Shown here: positions 1 through 14,819 of the stretch, piece by piece
Position numbering within the stretch: position 1 is the first letter of the stretch
Layout of the letters: each line of letters begins with the position of its first letter
Assembly: GCA_951406725.2 (NCBI GenBank)
Contig: OX597824.1
Coordinates: 70,246,001 to 70,310,000, forward strand
Source of the DNA: Octopus vulgaris
Lineage: Eukaryota
DNA length: 64,000 bases
Reading direction: 5' to 3'
Notes under the pieces: generated by a model
Told to the model about the DNA's origin: nothing
Database searches by the model: none
Seen by the model: only the letters and a program-made list of their open reading frames with translations
Translations under genes and position numbers: made by a program

Positions 1-235
1 CTTTGGACAGGTGCTTTTTACTATAGCCTTGGGCTGGCCAGTCTTGAAAGTGGCAGTAGACAAAAACTGAAAAAAAGCTCATCATTTGCATGTGTGTGTT
101 TGTCCCCCATCACATCTTGACAATGGGTGTTGGTTTATTTACATCCTTGTAACTTAACAGTTCAGCAAAAGAAGCCAATAGAATACCAGGTTTTTAAAAA
201 AGCACTGGAGGAGGGGAGGGTGATAAAACAGCATT

Positions 236-460
236 GGAGGAGGAGGAGAAGGAGGAGGAGGAAGAAGAAGAGGAGGGGGAAGAAGTGTAGGAGGAGGAAG
301 AAGAAGAAAAAGAAGAACAAGAAGAAGCAGAGGCGAAGGGGGGAGGAGGAGGAGGAGGAGGAGGAGGAGAAGAAGAAGAAGAAGAAGAAGAAGAAGAAGA
401 AGAAGAAGAAGAAGAAGAAGAAGAAGAAGAAGAAGAAGAAGAAGAAGAAGAAAAGAAGAA
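236..460 (+). repeat. (GAG)n/(GAA)n polypurine tract
   Basis: Compound GAG and long pure GAA run. Confidence 0.98.
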
Positions 461-1055
461 AGGAGCAGAAGACAAGGCCATGTAGGACAAGAACAACTAC
501 AAGACATGAAGATTCTGCCAGCACAGACAGACAGACAGAAAGGTTCTCCTGTCATTCCATTTTCTTTCTTCATTGCCCCACCCTTACTCTCTCTCTCTCT
601 CTCTCTCTCCCCTCCACCTCTCCTGGCTCCTTCCCTCTCCCTCTGTTGTGGTGTAATTATTATAGTTTATCTTTATTTCTCCATTGATGAGAGGGGTCAA
701 CAGTTTGACCTGTCTCCTTTCTTCCCATGATGAAACAATTAGAACACACACACACACACACACAAAGTAAGCTAGCTAAAGATACAAATCACCAGCAGGA
801 TGGGGTGAGGGGGGGAGCATGTCAGCTCAATTTTTGCTTTTCATCTCTTCACATCCATCCTTTATATCTTTTGTTTTATATATATATATGTGTGTATGCA
901 TGTATATATATATATTATAAATACAAATTTTGCCAATGCAAATGACTACCAATCCCACTGGATTCTGTTTTATGTGATATATATATATATATACATACAC
1001 ACACACACACATATATATATATACATATATACATTTACATATTTCTATCTATCTG

Positions 1056-1109
<54 letters not shown>

Positions 1110-1158
1110 TATATATATATACACACATTTATACATACACACATATATACATACATGC

Positions 1159-1191
<33 letters not shown>

Positions 1192-1707
1192 AACATATAC
1201 ACATACAAATACATGCATACATACATACACATATACTTCGTTAAAGACATAACCGTCAACTGTCTGTACTGGAGTTTTAATTTTTTTTTTCTCATCTTAG
1301 ATTTTTCATATTTATCATTTTTTTTGTTTTTCTTTACAAGTTTGGAACATTAAACTTTTTACCTCCAAAATCCATATTCAATGTTTCCAGACATTCACAC
1401 ACTGATTTTTAAGAATTGAAATAGATTTAGCATCTGTATTGTTTCTTATATATTCTTTGAATTCACAGAGACTATTCTGATATTCTGAGACTATTCTGTG
1501 TCTATTCTAATAAGGGCATTCTTTTTTTTTTTTTCCCCATTTCACCACTAGGCTTCTAACTCAGCAGCCATGCATTGTTTTGCTTTGATGTGGTCAAATA
1601 GTTGACCATCAGGTTTGAATGCTAGTCAGCATGTGTTAACCTTTTTAGAGAGCATGTTGTGTCTGTGGTACAGTGAATGATCTTACCATCAGCATGTAGC
1701 TATAGGC

Positions 1708-2038
1708 CAGTGGGTCTCAACTAGGGTCCATATCAGATTTTTGAGGTTCCACATAACAAAAGGGTAAATTGGGGAACCAACAGAACTTTAAGGGGCCCTG
1801 AAAAAATTTTGCTTTAGATGTCTGTAGTGGAACATATTGCAAGAAACAGCTAGGATTCTTTCTCTAACATTTTACATAGTTCAACCTACACAAGTTAATG
1901 TGTGGAAAACAAAATAGGAATTTTCAAAGAAACTTCTATAAAACTTGTTTTTAAACATCAAATGGTTACAGGGATCAACCAGGATAAAATAGTAATCAAA
2001 GGGGTTCATAGATGAAAAAAAATGGTTGAGAACCACTG
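1708..2038. mobile_element. Non-autonomous hAT (Charlie-like) DNA transposon/MITE
   Basis: TIRs CAGTGGGTCTCAAC...GTTGAGAACCACTG; 8-bp flanks CTATAGGC/CTGTAGAC (6/8 identical). Confidence 0.8.
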
Positions 2039-2716
2039 CTGTAGACCAAGAAATATATTTTGGAAGAGAAGTTTTACTCATTTTTTTGCAGTCAACTTTT
2101 TTATATTCTAAGCTCAAATCCTGCCAAGGGAAACTTTGCCTTTTGTCCTCTAGGGATCAATAAAATAGAGTACCAGTGAAGTACTGGGAGTGATGTAATT
2201 GACTATCTCCCACTAAAATTGCAGGTTTTGTGCCAACATTTGAAGCAATATTTCGGTCTCTCCCTCTGTGTGTGGAAGATCTCTCTCATCTTGGGAGATC
2301 TCTCCCATCTTCACTCTCTTTCTCTCTTACCCATTCTCTTTACCACTTTTTCTCTCTCTCTCTGGTGTTCTTGGTAATGTGATGGTAGGGATGGCAGTGG
2401 TGGTGGCAGTGGTGATGGTGGTGGAGGAGGTGTTCTTTGGTTGGTTGTGGTTGGTAATGGTACTGATGATTGGACAATAATGGTGGTGTTGTTATTGTTG
2501 GAGGTGTCTGTATTTCTCAGTCCTTTTCTCAGTAGCTCTCTTTCTCACTCAACCGTTTTCCTTTCCACCCACCCCCTCTCTCTCTGTCCCTCTCTTTTTT
2601 ACTGGTTCTTCCTCTTCCCTTTCCAATTTTAAACTTGTTACATGTTCTCTTCTTCACAGGACAGTGGTCAGTGTGAAACAGTAGGACAGAGATATAGAGA
2701 TGGATAGAGAGAGGGA

Positions 2717-2760
<44 letters not shown>

Positions 2761-3667
2761 GAGACAGACAGACAGACTGACATGGACCAAGAAGGAAGTA
2801 GGGGAAGAAAGAAAATGAAGTATGAAGAACAGAAGGAAAAGGGCCAGAAAGATGATAGAAAAACAAAAAAAAACAAAACAAATTGCTAAAACTAAAATGA
2901 AAAACAAATGTAAAAAATATATTAAGAATCTACTAATAAAAAACAAAAACAAATATGATTTGTTTTTGAGAGAGAGAAAGGGGGGAGAGTAGGAGAGAAA
3001 AGGGAAGAACTTCAAATTTAAAGTGAAACAGTAATGCAAATAACAAAAAAAAAAAAAACCTCAGGGAAAAAAACAAGAACCAAACATCAAATAATAATAA
3101 TAATAATAATAATTATTATTATTATTATTATTATTAGAAGAAGAAGAAGAAAGGCATTTTCATTCTCTCTTCTTTCCTCATACTTTCTGAATATTAACTC
3201 TTGCCCGCTCCTGGCACATCAAATAATGATGATGATGATGATGATGATGATAATGAAGGTGGTGGTGGTGGTGATGGTACTTTTAATATTAATGTTTTTT
3301 TTCTTCTTATAATTGGAAATTGGAGAAACATTTTGTCCTTCTTTCGTTCTCCCTCACTTTCTTCCCTACTTTGTCTTTCTTTCTTTTTAGCTTTCTTCCA
3401 TTCATTCTGCATCTCTCCCGCTTTCTCACCATACAAAATCATTATCATCATCATCATAACCAATAACTATATATGTGTAAGTACATACACACACTCACAC
3501 ACACATGCAAGCGACAGTGAAATATTTCTCTCTCTCTCCCCATATATAATATGTGCACATACATACATACATATACATACATATATATATATTATTTGAG
3601 GGAATAAAATCCAAACTTACAAGGAAAAAGAATTCAATTTAGAAATACTAAATCAAATTCCAGACAA

Positions 3668-3759
<92 letters not shown>

Positions 3760-3820
3760 TATATACATATACATATATATATATACATATACATATACAT
3801 ATATATATATGTGGGTAAAG

Positions 3821-3894
<74 letters not shown>

Positions 3895-4020
3895 CTCCAT
3901 CACTAACCCTCTCGCTTTCCCTATCTATCTCTGATTTGTTTCTCTGTCACTAATTCTCTCTCATTCTCTGTTTCTTTAACACTAATTCTCTCTCTCCCTC
4001 CCTCTCTGCATTTCTCTCTG

Positions 4021-4051
<31 letters not shown>

Positions 4052-4316
4052 TACATTAACTCTCCTTATTTGTCTCACTAATTGTCAATCTATCTGTATG
4101 TTTGTCATACACACACACAAATAAACAAAAACACAAACAATCACACATACACCTCTCCCCCTCTCTCCCTCCCGTTCTGTTCTCTCTGTCTCTGTCTGTT
4201 TGTCCCTCTCTCTCTCTCTCTCTCTCTCTCTGTCTTTCTGTCTTTCTGTTTCTTCTGCTTGTATCTCTTGTTATAATGGGCTGTGATATCTTGAAAGGTT
4301 GGTGGGAAGGATGACA

Positions 4317-4354
<38 letters not shown>

Positions 4355-6049
4355 GGAGAGAGAGTGGGAGGGAGGGAGAGAGAGAGAGAGAGAGATCAAA
4401 GCTGGCCAAGTAAAAAGAGGAAGATAATAAAAAGTCTCCAGTTTCAAAATTACAGAGTCTGTGAACAACAATTAGGAAGGTTACTTTTGAAAAATATCAT
4501 CATGGCCACTTTCCTGGCGATTGCTGCTCTTAGACTTTGTTTTCCTTATGTTTTCTTCTTCTTCCTTTCCTTTCCTTTTAGATATTTATTTATTTATTTA
4601 TTTATTTATCAAGGCTTCTTTAGATTTGCTCCATTCTGGCCTTAACTCATTAGTTTTTTTTTTTTCCTCCTTTTTGTTAGTATTGTTGTTTTTTGTGTGT
4701 GTTTATGTGTGGTTTTTTTTTTTAAATATATATATTTTGCTGTTTGCTTTTCCGAAAAAGAACAAGAAAAGATACCCTCCCCACCCGCCAATATTTTCCA
4801 CCTCCTCTGCAAAGGGGTAGGGGTTTTGGGTCAAAGGCAGCAACACCCCCACCCTCTTTCTGTCCTAGCTGCACCCCACCTCACTAACTAGCTAACTAAC
4901 TAACTAATTGACCTGAAGGGCTGATTGACAACTGGTGGTGGTGGTGGTGCAGATGGTTGTAATGGTAGTGGTGATGGTGGTGTTCCTTGGTTGGTTTGTG
5001 GTTGGTGATGGTGCTGCTGATATGGACAGTAATGGTGCTGTTGTTATTGTTGAAGGTGTCCCTGGCGTCTTTAGTTGTTTAACCCCAGGTCAATACCACT
5101 CTGATCTGGGCAAACCACAAATCAAATGCATTTCCAGTCATGACCATCCCTGTCACATTAGGGGGATGCTATACATGGATACACAGTCTACTGTATCTAT
5201 TTTCTAACTTTAAAGGCAGTTGTGTGCGATTTGAGAGAGGTTTCGGCAGTTATTTCTAGCAGAAGGAGTCACCACATGAAAGCACTCTCTTTGGGTGGGC
5301 TATTTCTCTTGATGTTATGTTGTTGTTATTAGTGGTGCAGAAGAAGTGGCTGGGTAAAAGTGGTGGTAGTGGTGGTTGTGGTGATAGTGATGGTTTTAGG
5401 ATGGAAAGGGAAGTGGCAGGATCTGAGTTAAGGTCACTTCCACCACCACCAACAACAACAACAACAACACTACCACCATCATCATCACCATGACCACCAC
5501 AAGAAAAAACCCATCCATTTGCAACAGTGGTACTGGTGGTGGTGGTGGTGGTGGTGGAGGAGGTGCAGAAAGGAGTGCTGGTTGATTTGCAGCTGGAGGG
5601 GGTAGGTGGGGGTTGAGGTAAAAGAACTGTTAAGGCCCAGGGGGTGGGGGCAGTAGAAGGGGGGTTAAAAAGAGCAGCATTTCCACCACAAACCACCACA
5701 ACAATAACAACAACAATACCACCCAATCACCCCCCATCATCCCCCACCCCATGTGTCTTTCACTCCACCCACCACCCATTATCAACCACCTTTTCTTAAT
5801 GGCTTTTCCTTTAGAACTGTCAAACACCTAACAACTCCAGCCAACTTAATCCAGTCCAGCCCATCCTACATGCACACACATTCATGTCCACACACACGCA
5901 CACACACATCTGTATACATTCACATATACACATATATACACTCATTCACACCAACCATTTTACCTTACATTGTTAACACATTCATGCTTTGCCAAAAAAT
6001 ATGGCCAAAGTGTGAAAATTATTCATGTGTCCATATTACATATATAGAT

Positions 6050-6082
<33 letters not shown>

Positions 6083-6271
6083 CATATAGATGTATGCATA
6101 TGAATGTATAAAAATGTATTTGTATATAAGCAATGTATATCTGTATAAATACACACACGAATTTTTATTTATGTATCTAAATGTAGAGGTGTGTATATAT
6201 ATATATATATATACATACCTACATACATGTATATATGACTGTGTGTGTAAATACATATATACATATATGTG

Positions 6272-6316
<45 letters not shown>

Positions 6317-6349
6317 ACATTTGCATACACACACAAATGTATACGTGTG

Positions 6350-6388
<39 letters not shown>

Positions 6389-6977
6389 GACATGAGAAAA
6401 ATTCAAGAAGCTAACTAGCTAACTAACTGTCATCTTTATTCTTTTATGCCATTAATGGCACATGGCACTGCTCTCTGAACTGACAACAACAACAACAAAA
6501 AAAGAGTAATAAAAAAAAAATCACAAAAACAGATAAACACCCCCACCAAAAAAAAAAAAAAAAATCAGATCACCAGCCAATACAGCTTCCTCTCCAAATG
6601 GCTGAAAAAATTCCAAGCCAACACCTCAACCAAAAGCAAAAAAAGCAAGGGAAAGAAAAAAAAAACAAAGAAGGAAATAAAGGGAGACTAATCACATGCA
6701 CACATAAAAGTCTGTGTATGTATGTGTATATATATATATATATATGGATGTATATTTATTTGCAAGATGACATGACCAAACTTTGGCCAACCAATACTGT
6801 ATAGAACTGTTCTCACTTGGATTATTTTTTCATTTTTCTTTTTTACAACGTTTCATGCTATTTCTGTCTCAGAACTGATTATAGAAAACTCTTTATATAT
6901 AATAAATATAATACACACATACAAATATGTACACGTTTGTGTACGTGTATGGGTGTGTGAGTATGTATATGTATGTT

Positions 6978-7017
<40 letters not shown>

Positions 7018-7577
7018 CACACATACATATATAAGCATGCATATATATACATATACATATATATGCACAAATGTACATGTAGTATGTATGCCTAAGTACT
7101 GTATGCAATAAGCTCGTTATGTATACCTACACACACACACATACACATATATAGACAACACATACATATGCACATATAATACATGCATATGCACATACAC
7201 TAGTGGTGTCTAGCTCAGAGAGAAAGAAAGTGAGAGAGAAAGAGAGGGAAACAGATAGACTGAGAAGAAATGGAGGGACAGGAGGTGAGGTAGCATGATA
7301 ATAGAATTATGACATTCAAAGAAAAAAGGGCTTAGCAGATAGTGGGGTCACCAAGTGCTCCACGGTTTACCTTGACATGGCTTCTATGGCTTGATGCCCT
7401 TTTTAATGCCAATCCCTTTACACATACAGGATGGGTTTCTTAATTTTTTTTTTCTGTATAAGCATCACTGAGGAGATCACCATGCAGCTTGTAAGACTAC
7501 AAACACTGAGTGAGGCAAAAACAGGGGTTAAAGTATAAGGGAAGGGGCCAGAGCAGAACATGCTTCTTGCTGTGAAG

Positions 7578-8174
7578 CAGTGGTTCTGAACCATATTTTG
7601 GTCTATGGATAATCTCTGGTTCCTATTTTATTCTACAGGACCCCCATATTACAAAAAAGTCCTATTATGATTTTATAATTAAATCATCATCATCATTTAA
7701 TGGCCTCCTTTCATGCTGGCAAGGGCTGAATGGTTTGACAGGAGCTGGCCAGGCAGAAGACTGCATCAACTGTCTGTTTTGGTATGGTTCTTAAGACTGG
7801 AAGCCCTTCCTAACACCAACCACTCCACAGGGTGGGCTGAATGCTTTTTACTTGGCACCAGCACAGGCGAGATCAATTTTGGCATGGTTTTTTTTACAGT
7901 TGGATGCCCTTCCAAATGCCAACCACTTTACAGTGTGGATTGGACGCTTTTTAAGTGGCACCAGTACTGGCAGAGTCACCAAGTAACTTGCAAGACAAGG
8001 AATCTTGAATATTATTAGGAATTGCATAAAAAAATTATTAGAATATTTTGTGTATTGTAGATGTACAAGCAATTTATTGCACATAAACTTTAATGACAAA
8101 ATCTTCTATGGACCCCACCAAGGGTCATATGGACCCCACCAAGGGTCATATGGACCCCCAGTTAAAAACCACTG
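7578..8174. mobile_element. Related hAT MITE, opposite orientation, interrupted by a SINE
   Basis: Ends CAGTGGTTCTGAAC...GTTAAAAACCACTG; internal 21-bp repeat TATGGACCCCACCAAGGGTCA x~2.5; family C SINE nested at ~7682-8000. Confidence 0.65.
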
Positions 8175-10214
8175 TGGTAGAGGGACTACATTGGTACTCA
8201 CATGGACATCCTCATCACATCTTAAAAGAGAGGGTGATAGCGATCAGAGCAGAGCTGGGTGGAGACAAAAGAGGGTGATGGGGTGTCTGGGTTGGACCCA
8301 AGTAGCAGAAAATGTGGATAGAGGAACTAGGAGTATGGGTGAATACAGGTTGCAAGGGAATACAGGGGTTTATACCACAATATTTTCTGCTTTGGTCCAC
8401 TTGGCACTGTGCATTCCTTGTGTTGCAATGGCTGTGATATACAGCTGCCTCAGATCAGGAGAGGAGCAGCCCATTTCACCCATTCCAAGTTGAGGAATGG
8501 GTGAAGAGGACAGCAATAAAGTTTGTGAAGGGTTTTAGAAGTCATATGTGCTTGCGATCACAAAAAAGCAAGCATGACATGGTAGCATGTACCCTGCTTT
8601 CACTAACTGTTTTAGGTGCCCGTGTACACACAGGTGCCCTCTCTGCTCTTTGATCCTTAATCCAGAGGAACATCAAATACAATGATGTCTAGAAGGAGAA
8701 AGGGCTTCATCGACATTTGACTGGTACCTGTTCTCAGTCTCTGAGTAGAACTGAAGCAATGTGAAACTAAACACTTTACTCAATAAAACAATAGACTATC
8801 CGGTCTAGGAATCAAAACCATGACTTTTTGATCACAAGCCGAAAACTTTAACCACAAGGCCAATTGGTATAATAAGTAACGTATATTGGAAGTAATTTCT
8901 GGAAATTGAAACTATATAGGTAAAGTAGTATAAAAATAAATAAATAAACAAATAGGTAGACTAAAAACGAATAAAACAAAAGCAGAAAAAAGAAAGAAAG
9001 AAAGATTAAAATGGATAATACTGAAATAAAAAGATAATAAGAAGCAAACAAAGAGAAAAGAAGCGCCACGGAGCTGAAGAAGTATTAATTACAGCACAGG
9101 TAAGCTAATCTGTACATCATAACTCATTAATCTCGTTTAAATCTCGTTAAATCCATACCAGCTAATTGTAAGATTAAAACTGTAAGTTTTTTACAGATAA
9201 ACATCTGTATGTATGTATATATGTATGTCAGATACATGTGTGTGTATGTTTGTGTATATATATATATATGCATATATACATACATATATATATATACATA
9301 CTATATATGTACATATACATGTATATGCATATATATGTGTGTGTATGTATGTATATATATGTGTGTGTGTATATATATATATACACGTATGTATATATGT
9401 GGAAATATATGAATGTGTATGTGTGCAAAACAAATGTGTGTGTGTGTGTGTGTATGCGTGTGCATGTCTGTGTGCGTACAGATAACTGATGGCATAATTG
9501 AGATGCTATTTTTCTTGTCGTTAAGTACCAGCTTCCTAAATAAATAGATTGATGTTGACACCCATCTTAAGAGGTAATGGGAGGTTGATGCCTCTTTTGT
9601 ACAGCATCATCATCATCTTCATTACCATCATCATCATCATCATCACCATCACCCCTACCTTACTCATTTTCAGCATTACCCCTATCGTCATTATCATCAT
9701 CACCCTCATCATCCTCACTAGTACCACCACCTTCCTTACCCCCCCTCGTCATCTTCATCATCAGCAGTTTTGGCATTAGCATTACCATCATCATCATCAC
9801 CATCACCATCACCATCTCCATTAAATCTTCACTGCCAGCCACCATCTTCATAGCGATTACCATCATCGCGTTTTCATGGTCAGTGTCATCATCATCATCA
9901 TCACCATGGTCATCCTCATGACATTTCCATCGTGACCATCTTCAGCCTTGGCAGTGTTATCTCCAATCTCCATCATCATTATCATCACCCTATATGGTCA
10001 TCGTAATCATCACTATAACCAATAACAGCATTACTGTACTGGGCCAACGTAATTATATATTAATACATGTATGTATACGTTTGTACACACACACACACAT
10101 GTATATGTGTGTGTATGTGTGTATGCATACATATATACATATCAAAACAGATCAAAGGTTCTTCCAAAACTATAGGTTTATAAGGCCAATGTATGTGTGT
10201 GTGTGTTTATGATT

Positions 10215-10492
10215 TGTTTTAGGGCCAGTTTCCCGGTTTCCTTGGCGTATAGGTTCCCCACCCGGACAGGATGCCAGTCCATCACAGGTGAGCTGCAAGA
10301 TGCAGGAGGAAAGAGTGAAAGAGAAAGTTGTGGCGAAAGAGTCAGTAGAAGTTCGCCATTACCTTCTGCCGGAGCTGTGTGGAGCTTAGGTGTTTCACAC
10401 ATAAACACACACATCATCCGGTCTGAGATTCGAACCCACGATACCTCGACTGCGAGTCCACTGCTCTAATCACCAGGCCATTTGCCTCCACA
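10215..10492 (-). mobile_element. tRNA-derived SINE family D, tail 1
   Basis: Head TGGCCTGGTGATTAGAGCAGTGGACTCGCAGTCGAGG..GGGTTCGAATCTC; body CTCTTTCGCCACAACTTTCTCT; tail CCTGTGATGGACTGGCATCCTGTCC. Confidence 0.8.
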
Positions 10493-10567
10493 AGCGTATG
10501 TATATATATCTATATGTATGTATATATATATAAATATACATATATATATATAAATATATAGATAGAT

Positions 10568-10606
<39 letters not shown>

Positions 10607-11140
10607 TGTCTATGTCCATGTGTTGTCTCCCTCATTAATCAAATACCAAACGAACACTGTGAAAATGAATGTGCTTTACTAGTAAGCTACTAGGTGTATA
10701 TTATTATCTAATAATATATATATATATATACACACACACATATACACAGATAAAAAAATTAAATGGTAAGCAAAAACACTGATAAAAGTAAAAAGGTAAT
10801 AAACCGAACAATATTTTCCCCAATTTATTTATTTATTCATTTATCCAATTATTTATTTATTCCTAATCTAAAACCAAAAGTCAACGCTCTAACTTGAGTT
10901 CTGACAGAAGTGAAAGATTGTGTCATATCGTAAATGATCCAACACACACGTACATGGACAAACACACACACACACACACAACCATAGTACATCCAAAACC
11001 ACAATATACACAACGCATGGATACAAACGCATATAGGTGCATATATATATATATAAATATATGAAATTTCTGACATGCTTTTTATCACCCTCCTGATTGC
11101 CTCATCAAATCCTGGATTAGCACCGCTATTTTGTACACAC

Positions 11141-11193
<53 letters not shown>

Positions 11194-11309
11194 TACTTGC
11201 ATATACGAGCTTGTTACACTGATAGGATTAACAATAATGTCTAATAAAAAACTAAATTTAAGGTATTATGTATTATCTTCAGAAACATAAGCAGATATGC
11301 ATATTAGAT

Positions 11310-11340
<31 letters not shown>

Positions 11341-11449
11341 CACATGAAAATATATTATCCACACACACAAATGTACACACAAATGCGTATTCCTATATAG
11401 AGATAACTATCTTTCTATTTATTTCTCTATCTATATACGTGTGTGCATG

Positions 11450-11497
<48 letters not shown>

Positions 11498-11750
11498 CAT
11501 ACATTATATATACATATATATACATATATATAAACATACATATATACATATATATAAACATACATATACACATATATATACATATACACACATATATACA
11601 TACATAAATACATATATATACATATATAAATATACATATATACATAAATAAATATACATATACACACACATATATATATATATATACATATACACACATA
11701 TATATATATACATAAACACACACACACACAAATATATACATAAACAAACA

Positions 11751-11792
<42 letters not shown>

Positions 11793-12557
11793 GAAAATCA
11801 TCATGGTGGGATTGCCTCTAAACTGAATATAAGCCAGTCATGACTGACCTAGGGCTAACTTATTCTGCTAAACAAAATAAAAATATAACAAAAAGACAAA
11901 CATAGTAACAAACAATGTTATTTTGCATAGACAGGAGACCTGAGAAGTTTAGTCGGTCACTTAAACTGACCCTAGTATATAACTGGTATTCATTTTATTT
12001 CACTGCACAACATCAAGAAATAAAAAGGAAACTGACATTGTCACAGTTTGAACAAATACAATGATTATGAAATTAAATAAAGATTATGAAAACAATTGCC
12101 AGATCTAGCTAATTTCCGTGGGAGGGGAATGTCCAGCCAATTTAGTGAAACCCCAATATATGAGTCTTATTTTACTGAAAGGTGAAAGATAGAAACATTG
12201 TAAATGGACAAAATTCTATGTCAGATGCTCTACCAATTTAGCTTTTTCACTAAAAAACAATGCATGAGAACAGTTTTCAAATATAATAATAATAATAACA
12301 ATATTAATAATAATAATGCTTTCTAATGTAGGCACAAGGCCTGAAATTTTTGTGGGACTTAATTTATCGATTCTGAAAGGGTGAAAGGCAAAGCTGACCT
12401 CAGCGGAATTTGAACTCAGAATGTAGCAAACAGGTGAAATACCGCTAAGCATTTCAGCTTTTATGTTCTGAGATTATTATTATTATTGTTGTTATAATGA
12501 AACACAGAAAATTAAACAGAAAGTTAATTAATTAATTAATTAATTAATAGAACTTAC

Positions 12558-12702
12558 TTCAATTTGATTATTACGGTTATAATGAAGGTTGAGAACACGG
12601 TAAAGTTCTGAATCTGTTGTAACAACCAAATCTTCTGAATTCTTGTATCCTTCCGATATTGCCTGCTTTGCATATTTCTCCATCTGGATGTAATAAAATT
12701 CC
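12558..12702 (-). CDS. pros: Prospero/PROX exon encoding end of homeodomain helix 3 and start of the Prospero domain
   Basis: Acceptor TTTTTCAG|G completes the phase-2 Arg codon, then [48 protein letters not shown], then donor GAA|GTAAGT (phase 0). 145 nt, in frame with the 26305-26151 exon. Confidence 0.97.
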
Positions 12703-12778
12703 CTGAAAAATAAGTGCAAAATATAATATAATTATATATATATATCTAATGAGGATAAGTATATATAAGGATGAGTAT

Positions 12779-12837
12779 ATTCCACTGATGAAGGCAGAGC
12801 ATTTCTTATGCAGAGCCAGAAATCCAGGATCTGGAAT
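12779..12837 (+). ncRNA. Type I hammerhead-ribozyme-like motif, antisense to prospero
   Basis: ATTCCA-CTGATGA-A-GGC..GCAT/ATGC..GCC-A-GAAA-TCCAGGA-TC-TGGAAT: 6-bp stem I, intact core boxes, palindromic mini stem III; A.A mismatch at the base of stem II. Confidence 0.5.
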
Positions 12838-13019
12838 TATCCAGTAATTTTTTTGCTTGTTTATTTTGTTTCTTTGTCTTCTCTCCTGGTGCTGTATGAA
12901 CATTTAATGTGGTTTTAGAGTCAAGTTTTGGCTGCTATATCTAGCATGGTGGTATCTCTTAGATACCCTAAATTATAATTTTGTATGCATATATATATAT
13001 GTATGTATGTATGTATACC

Positions 13020-13065
<46 letters not shown>

Positions 13066-14099
13066 TATGAGTGTGTCTGTATGGATATACATTTATATAG
13101 ATATCATCATCATTTTAACATCCACTTTCCTATGCCTGCATGGATCAGATAGAATTTTGTAAAGACAGATTTTCTTCAGTCTGATACCCTTCTTGTTACC
13201 ATCCCACCTCTTATGTTTCCAAACAACCAATATTTCCCATGGCCATATATACTTATACATGTAAGACTTGAAATGAACACCATCACTAGTGAGACAGTTA
13301 CTATTTCTAGCAGGTCATTAAACCATGTAGAGGCAGTCTGGGAGGCTTGATGAATACAAGTCATGTTTTCTGATCATATATACATGTATACACATAAAGG
13401 GTAAAGACCTTCTTCAGTCAGGAATGACCACAAGATTGCACCTAAAAAGTTACCCTCCATAGCACAAGTCCAAGGCACAAGACCAGCAGTCACCTATAGA
13501 TACCAGACTCCCCTCTCCACACCATCAATGTTATCCAAGAGAAGGATAAATACCGATACAGCTTGGCACCAGTGATGTCACAACTCATTTCTACACCTAA
13601 GTAAACTGGAGCAACATGAAATAAAGAGCCATGCTCAAGAACACAACAGCCAATTCGCTGGTGAAAAGGTAACACACTCAGTCATGTTAACAAAGGGATG
13701 TGGGTTCGAGACCCACACAGAGAGGAAAGCTTTCTTTTTTTTTTCTGTTGAGGTCTTATATGCCCCTTCATTAGACTATTTTCCTTAGTCATTGCTTGGT
13801 GATCGTCATAAGCTTTAAGATTATATAAATACCATTATTGTTATATATAGGATTGTAAAACACGGTGCCATATAACAAAACCATTCATACCAAAAGCATA
13901 TATATATATATAAAACATAACATATATATAACATGCATACAACAACAGATACACACATATATGCATAATTGTGTGTGTGTCTCTATATATATATAAACAT
14001 ATATATATATATTGTATACATATTAGTATACATATGTGTGTGTGTGTATACAATATATATGTGTGTATATATTTATGTCTATAGATATATTTTTTTTTT

Positions 14100-14385
14100 C
14101 GACCAGGCTATCAGATGTTGCTACACATCGCTGGTCACAATGCGCTTCGCATTGTTTTTTAGCCTTCAAATGACGCCACCCCGCTGGCTAAGCGAGCAGG
14201 CCAACAGAAGAAAGAGTGAGAGAAAGTTGTGGCGAAAGAGTACAGCAGGGATCGCCACCACACCCTGCCAGAGTCTCGTGGAGCTTTAGGTGTTTTCGCT
14301 CAATAAACACTCACAACGCCCGGTCTGGGAATCGAAACTGCGATCCTACGACCGCGAGTCCACTGCCCTAACCACTGGGCCATGT
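14100..14385 (-). mobile_element. tRNA-derived SINE family D, tail 2
   Basis: Same head and body as the 10215 copy; tail GTTGGCCTGCTCGCTTAGCCAGC...TGATAGCCTGGTCG. Confidence 0.8.
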
Positions 14386-14622
14386 CTATATATATATACA
14401 TTTTAAATAAAGATTTGGCCACTACTTCTAATTCAGTTCATCGGTGTAAAATATTTGAGATTTTACACCATGAAACTAGGCTAGAGGCTACAGCTTCAGT
14501 TTAAACAAGTATATGTATATAAAATATGTGTGCATGCATGTACGTGTATATGTAATTTACACACTGACATATACATGTATGCATTGATACAAAATAGAAT
14601 AGATACATACATATCTCTATAC

Positions 14623-14659
<37 letters not shown>

Positions 14660-14769
14660 CCGTAAAAACTCTTCATTGTCTGTATACACACATACACACA
14701 TTTACAAAAGATACATATAATCTTCACTGACATTTATTTTATTACACTATTCAATGCAATGTAATATAC

Positions 14770-14819
<50 letters not shown>

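Noticed and set aside
3370-3420. WKKAKK as the last Prospero-domain exon
   Set aside because: Lacks the VPxxF...LREFF and WKKxIYK context; low-complexity. The final exon was not found in 1-12557.
12577-12903. Supplied 108-aa ORF overlapping the second exon
   Set aside because: Wrong frame; the real exon uses another minus frame.
13655-13730. tRNA-like segment with GGTTCGAGACC
   Set aside because: No convincing cloverleaf; likely a decayed tRNA-derived fragment. SINE heads were likewise not called tRNA genes.
14437-14476. Hairpin GGTGTAAAAT-N7-ATTTTACACC
   Set aside because: Short stem without a recognisable ribozyme core or other support; probably a repeat remnant.
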